Below are positions 60,492 through 64,000 of a stretch of DNA of 64,000 nt, one piece after another (within the stretch, counting starts at the first letter, position 1; every line of letters starts with the position of its first letter). Below the pieces are notes generated by a model that saw only the letters and a program-made list of their open reading frames with translations, made no database searches and was not told the origin of the DNA. The stretch comes from an uncultured Bifidobacteriaceae bacterium. GTDB taxonomy: Bacteria; Verrucomicrobiota; Verrucomicrobiia; Limisphaerales; UBA11358. Made by a program: the position numbers and the translations under genes. The stretch spans positions 12,341 to 76,340 of the forward strand of contig CAZZPE010000007.1 of NCBI GenBank assembly GCA_964655855.1, in the 5' to 3' direction.

Positions 60492-61478
60492 TCATTTCAG
60501 CCACTTTGCCACGTCCGCCGCCGCGTAGGTGATCAAAATGTCCGCGCCCGCGCGCCGCATCGCCAGCAAGCTTTCCAGCGTCACCGCGCGCTCGTCAATC
60601 CAGCCCCGCGCCGCCGCCGCCTTGATCATCGCGTGCTCGCCGCTCACCGCGTAGGCCGCCGTCGGATAACCAAACTCCGTTTTCACGCGATGAATCAAAT
60701 CCAGATACGCCAGCGCTGGCTTGACCATCACGATGTCCGCGCCTTCCTGGATGTCGAGGGCGACTTCGCGCAATGCCTCGTTCGCGTTCGCCGCGTCCAT
60801 CTGGTAACTGCGCCGGTCGCCGAACTTCGGCGCGGATTCGGCGGCCTCGCGGAACGGCCCGTAAAACGCCGACGCAAACTTCGCCGCGTAACTCATGATC
60901 GGCGTGTCAATGAAACCGCCCTTGTCCAGCGCTGCGCGGATCGCCGCCACCCGGCCGTCCATCATGTCGCTCGGCGCAATGATGTCCGCGCCCGCCTCGG
61001 CATGGCTCGCCGCCGTTTGCGCGAGCAGCTTCAACGATGGGTCGTTCAAAATTTTCCCGCTGTGAACAATTCCGCAATGGCCGTGCTCCATGTATTCGCA
61101 CAGGCACACGTCGGTGACGACCAGCAGCGACGGCAGTTCCTTTTTCAACAAGCGCACCGTCTGCTGGACAATGCCGTTCCTGACACAGGCACCGGAGGCC
61201 TTCGCGTCCTTGGTGTCCGGAATGCCAAAGAGCAGGACGGCGGGAACGCCGAGCGCATGGGCGCGCGCGGCCTCGCGCAGGACTTCATCCGGCGAAAGCT
61301 GGAAGACACCGGGCATGGCGTCAATTTCGCGGCGCAATTTTTTGCCGGCGCGGGCGAACAGCGGCAGGACGAGCTGCTCCACGCTCAAGCGCGTTTCGCA
61401 GACGAGCCGCCGCAACGCGGGCGACTGACGCAGCCGGCGCGGGCGGGACACGGGAAATCCGGGCAAATTCATGGACAC
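60492..61478 (-). CDS. hemB: Porphobilinogen synthase (delta-aminolevulinate dehydratase)
   Basis: RPRRLR, DVCLCEYMEHGHCG, PSDMMDGRV, VKPALAYLD and YAVSGEHAM motifs. Confidence 0.92.
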   Translation of the reverse strand: MSMNLPGFPVSRPRRLRQSPALRRLVCETRLSVEQLVLPLFARAGKKLRREIDAMPGVFQLSPDEVLREAARAHALGVPAVLLFGIPDTKDAKASGACVRNGIVQQTVRLLKKELPSLLVVTDVCLCEYMEHGHCGIVHSGKILNDPSLKLLAQTAASHAEAGADIIAPSDMMDGRVAAIRAALDKGGFIDTPIMSYAAKFASAFYGPFREAAESAPKFGDRRSYQMDAANANEALREVALDIQEGADIVMVKPALAYLDLIHRVKTEFGYPTAAYAVSGEHAMIKAAAARGWIDERAVTLESLLAMRRAGADILITYAAADVAKWLK

Positions 61479-61560
61479 AGTCTAGGTTTTGGCAGGCGCG
61501 GGCAAAAGCGGAAAGTGCGAACGGATTTCCAGCCACAGATGCACACGGATGAAACACGGA

Positions 61561-62214
61561 TTACGGAATTGCGAGGCGGTTGATGGCGAGACCGGTGTTT
61601 TGGACTACTTGTTGCAAACGTTGAAGGCTGACCATTTCCACGCTGCCATCGACAAGACCAATGTTGCCACATTCTCCATGAAACGAATCTGCCCAAGTAA
61701 TGGGAACGTTCGGCGAAAGTTCCAACAGACCGGATTCGACATGAACACCACCGCTTGTAAAGTTGTCATCTCCGGAGAGAAACATTTGCGAATGGCCTTT
61801 TTCAGCATCCATGCCGACGAAGTAACTGATGTTTTTGGCGGAAAACCGAGTTTTGAAATCTGTGGCGGCAACCCGGTCTGTGTCCGCCGGACAATGCAAA
61901 ACCTTCGGGTTGTAAAGTTCGTTGCTCATCACAAGAAAAGTGGCCAAGGCATTGCTCCCATTGTTCAATTCCAATGTGCCTCCATCTGTCACCGAAACTT
62001 GCATCGGAAATCTTCCGTTGTGGTCGCCAGCCCAAATAGAATAAGCCAGACCAACTTCCTTAAGATTCCTCATGCACCTGGTTCTCATTGTTGGGCCCGG
62101 GCCGGAAGTAGCCGGTAAGAGCAATGCCGCCAGAATAAACAGCACGGCAATAACCACCAGCACCTCCACCAGCGTGAGCGCGGCGGTCTTCTGACGGGAA
62201 GCGCGCAGGTTCAT
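61561..62214 (-). CDS. Prepilin-type N-terminal cleavage/methylation domain protein (H-X9-DG)
   Basis: [35 protein letters not shown] fits H-X9-DG. Confidence 0.75.
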   Translation of the reverse strand: MNLRASRQKTAALTLVEVLVVIAVLFILAALLLPATSGPGPTMRTRCMRNLKEVGLAYSIWAGDHNGRFPMQVSVTDGGTLELNNGSNALATFLVMSNELYNPKVLHCPADTDRVAATDFKTRFSAKNISYFVGMDAEKGHSQMFLSGDDNFTSGGVHVESGLLELSPNVPITWADSFHGECGNIGLVDGSVEMVSLQRLQQVVQNTGLAINRLAIP

Positions 62215-62268
62215 ATTTCCGACTCTGCTCCCGGCCCGAAATTTTGTCCAGCCAAAGTTGGACGGGAT

Positions 62269-63570
62269 TCAGATGACGGTGCCGTGCGGGATGACGGCGT
62301 TTTTGGGGATGATGACGATGCCGTCGCGGATGTAATAAAGCGCGTGGTCCACCGATTCGGGCTTGCCGGCGGGCGAGATGGTCACGTTGTTCCCGATGCG
62401 CGCATTTTTGTCAATGATGGCGGTCTCGATCCTGCAGTTCATGCCGATGCCGATGCGCGGCTGGTTGTCGCGCTCGTGCTGCACCACCGATTCCTGCGAT
62501 TCGTAATAGTCGTTGCCGAGGAGGACGACGCGGTTCAATTGCGTGCCGGCTTCGACGATGGTGCGCAGGCCGACGATGGTGTGGGTGATGCGGGCGTTGT
62601 TGATGATGCAGCCGTCGGAGATGACGGCGTGGTCAATCTGTGCGCCGTTGATTTTGGAGCCGGGCAGGAAGCGCGGCCGGCTGAAGATGGGCGAGTTCAT
62701 GTCGAAGAAGTTGAACCGCGGCAGCTCGGAGACGAGGTCGAGGTTCGCCTCGAAAAAGGAGCGGATGGTGCCGATGTCCTCCCAGTAGCCCTGGAAGACG
62801 TAGGAGAAAACGCGGCGCGCGGGGATGGCCTGGGGGATGATGTGCTTGCCGAAATCGGACAGGGTGTTGTCGAGCAGTTCGCAGATGAGCTTGCGGTTGA
62901 AGACGTAGATGCCCATGGAGGCGAGAAATGATTCGCCGGGCGGGATTTCCAGTTTCGTTTGCAGGTCGGGTTGCAGCTTCAGGGAATCCAGCGCGGCGTC
63001 ACCGGGCTTTTCGACAAAGCGCGTGATGCGGTAGTCCTCGGCGATTTGCATGATGCCGAGCGACTGCGCCGCGTGCCGCCCGACGGGAATGGTCGCGACG
63101 GTGATGTCCGCGCCGGTTTCGGTGTGCTGTGCGATGAGCGGGCGGAAATCCATCCGATACAACTGGTCGCCGCTCAGAATCACGAGGTGGTCGAAGTCGT
63201 GGCTCAAGAAGTGGACGAGGTTCTTGCGGACGGCGTCGGCGGTGCCTTCATACCAGGAGTTGTTGGTGAGGGTCTGCTGCGCGGCGAGGATTTCCACGAA
63301 GCCGGTGGTGAACTGGTCGAATTTATACGTCCTCGAAATATGGCTGTGAAGCGAGGCGGAGTTGAACTGCGTCAGGATATAGACGCGCCGGAAGCGGGAA
63401 TTGATGCAGTTGGAAATGGGGATGTCCACCAGCCGGTATTTGCCGGCGAGAGGCACGGCGGGCTTGGCGCGGTCCTTGGTGAGCGGGAAGAGCCGCTTGC
63501 CCTGTCCGCCGCCCATGATGACGCACAGGACCCGGCTGGTGTTGAGTGATTGGCGTCCGGTTTGTGGCAT
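62269..63570 (-). CDS. glgC: Glucose-1-phosphate adenylyltransferase
   Basis: Likely start MPQTGRQ at 63570. VIMGGGQGKRLFPLT, PAVPLAGKYRLVDIPISN and the left-handed beta-helix C-terminus. Confidence 0.9.
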   Translation of the reverse strand: MPQTGRQSLNTSRVLCVIMGGGQGKRLFPLTKDRAKPAVPLAGKYRLVDIPISNCINSRFRRVYILTQFNSASLHSHISRTYKFDQFTTGFVEILAAQQTLTNNSWYEGTADAVRKNLVHFLSHDFDHLVILSGDQLYRMDFRPLIAQHTETGADITVATIPVGRHAAQSLGIMQIAEDYRITRFVEKPGDAALDSLKLQPDLQTKLEIPPGESFLASMGIYVFNRKLICELLDNTLSDFGKHIIPQAIPARRVFSYVFQGYWEDIGTIRSFFEANLDLVSELPRFNFFDMNSPIFSRPRFLPGSKINGAQIDHAVISDGCIINNARITHTIVGLRTIVEAGTQLNRVVLLGNDYYESQESVVQHERDNQPRIGIGMNCRIETAIIDKNARIGNNVTISPAGKPESVDHALYYIRDGIVIIPKNAVIPHGTVI

Positions 63571-63708
63571 AAAATATTCGGTTGAAGTTTTTCTGGAAGA
63601 TAACGCCGGAACCGTCCTTTCGGCAAGCAACGGATTTGTGAATTGACCTATTTCAAAAATTCAGGGACGCTGCCAGCGAAACCCGCAACAAACATCAAAT
63701 CAACAAAA

Positions 63709-64000
63709 CTATGAAAAAACGACTCACCAACGTCAACCCGCTCAAACTTGGAATTACGCTTGGAGTTATTTACGGCGTCATGGCGCTCATCATTATGGTT
63801 CCTATTTTTCTCATCGTGACATTGGTCGGCGCCGCCGGTGCGAAAACGGGCAATCAGGCGCTTCCCGCCATTTTCTCCGGCGTCTTCGTTATTTTTCTGC
63901 CGGTCATTTACGCCGTGCTGGGATTTATTGGCGGAGTGATTGCCGCCTTCATTTACAACCTGGTTGCCAAATGGACCGGCGGAGTTGAGTTCACCACGGA
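63709..64000 (+). CDS. Hypothetical membrane protein, 5' partial (runs off the window)
   Basis: My translation from the ATG at 63709 reads MKKRLTNVNPLKLGITLGVIYGVMALIIMVPIFLIVTLVGAAG..., open to the window end. Not in the supplied track because no stop is reached. Confidence 0.5.

Overview
High-G+C bacterial chromosome segment (G+C judged by eye, not computed). It is most likely from a Verrucomicrobiota (Pedosphaera/Limisphaerales-like) organism. This is inferred from two prepilin-type proteins with an N-terminal methylation motif and H-X9-DG box, a giant protein with autotransporter-associated beta-strand repeats, many secreted CAZymes, and abundant REP-like repeats. No rRNA, tRNA, CRISPR, integrase or transposase was recognised. 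Layout: (i) 1-16.7 kb is a minus-strand CAZyme cluster with a divergent AraC regulator: GH95 with an in-frame TAG, a GH106-like enzyme, a 1672-aa PL4 lyase, GH31, a GH29-SGNH fusion and a GH43-like enzyme. (ii) Housekeeping genes follow: comB, ogg, PAP2-GT39 fusion plus GT2, apt, rpoD, pepP-like, upp, sppA, nadB, panC, tgt, argB, argD, argF, hemB, glgC and others. (iii) Two visibly AT-richer accessory islands lie at about 24.4-32.7 kb and 47.0-56.2 kb. Most interesting candidates: (a) a tightly linked two-gene operon (27042-30434) encoding a reader-domain/HNH_2 nuclease and an 800-aa TIR-HNH-unknown protein, a possible unnamed anti-phage system; (b) two paralogous FN3-domain genes, each preceded by a ~300-bp array of 21-bp repeats with an AATATC core, placed in mirror image at the edge of each island; (c) a low-GC cluster (49784-56110) with a 10-Cys secreted mini-protein, two MauE-like membrane proteins, a Wzy_C/O-antigen-ligase-like protein and a propeller-alpha/beta-hydrolase, which splits argD from argF; (d) a family of tandem heptanucleotide and palindromic repeat modules found in intergenic DNA and in frame inside genes (panC, comB, argD, two membrane glycosyltransferase-type genes), which also flanks a four-helix-bundle (23S rRNA IVS protein family) gene wedged between argB and argD. 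All functional calls rest on motifs read by eye from the ORF translations. No database search, HMM or composition calculation was run.
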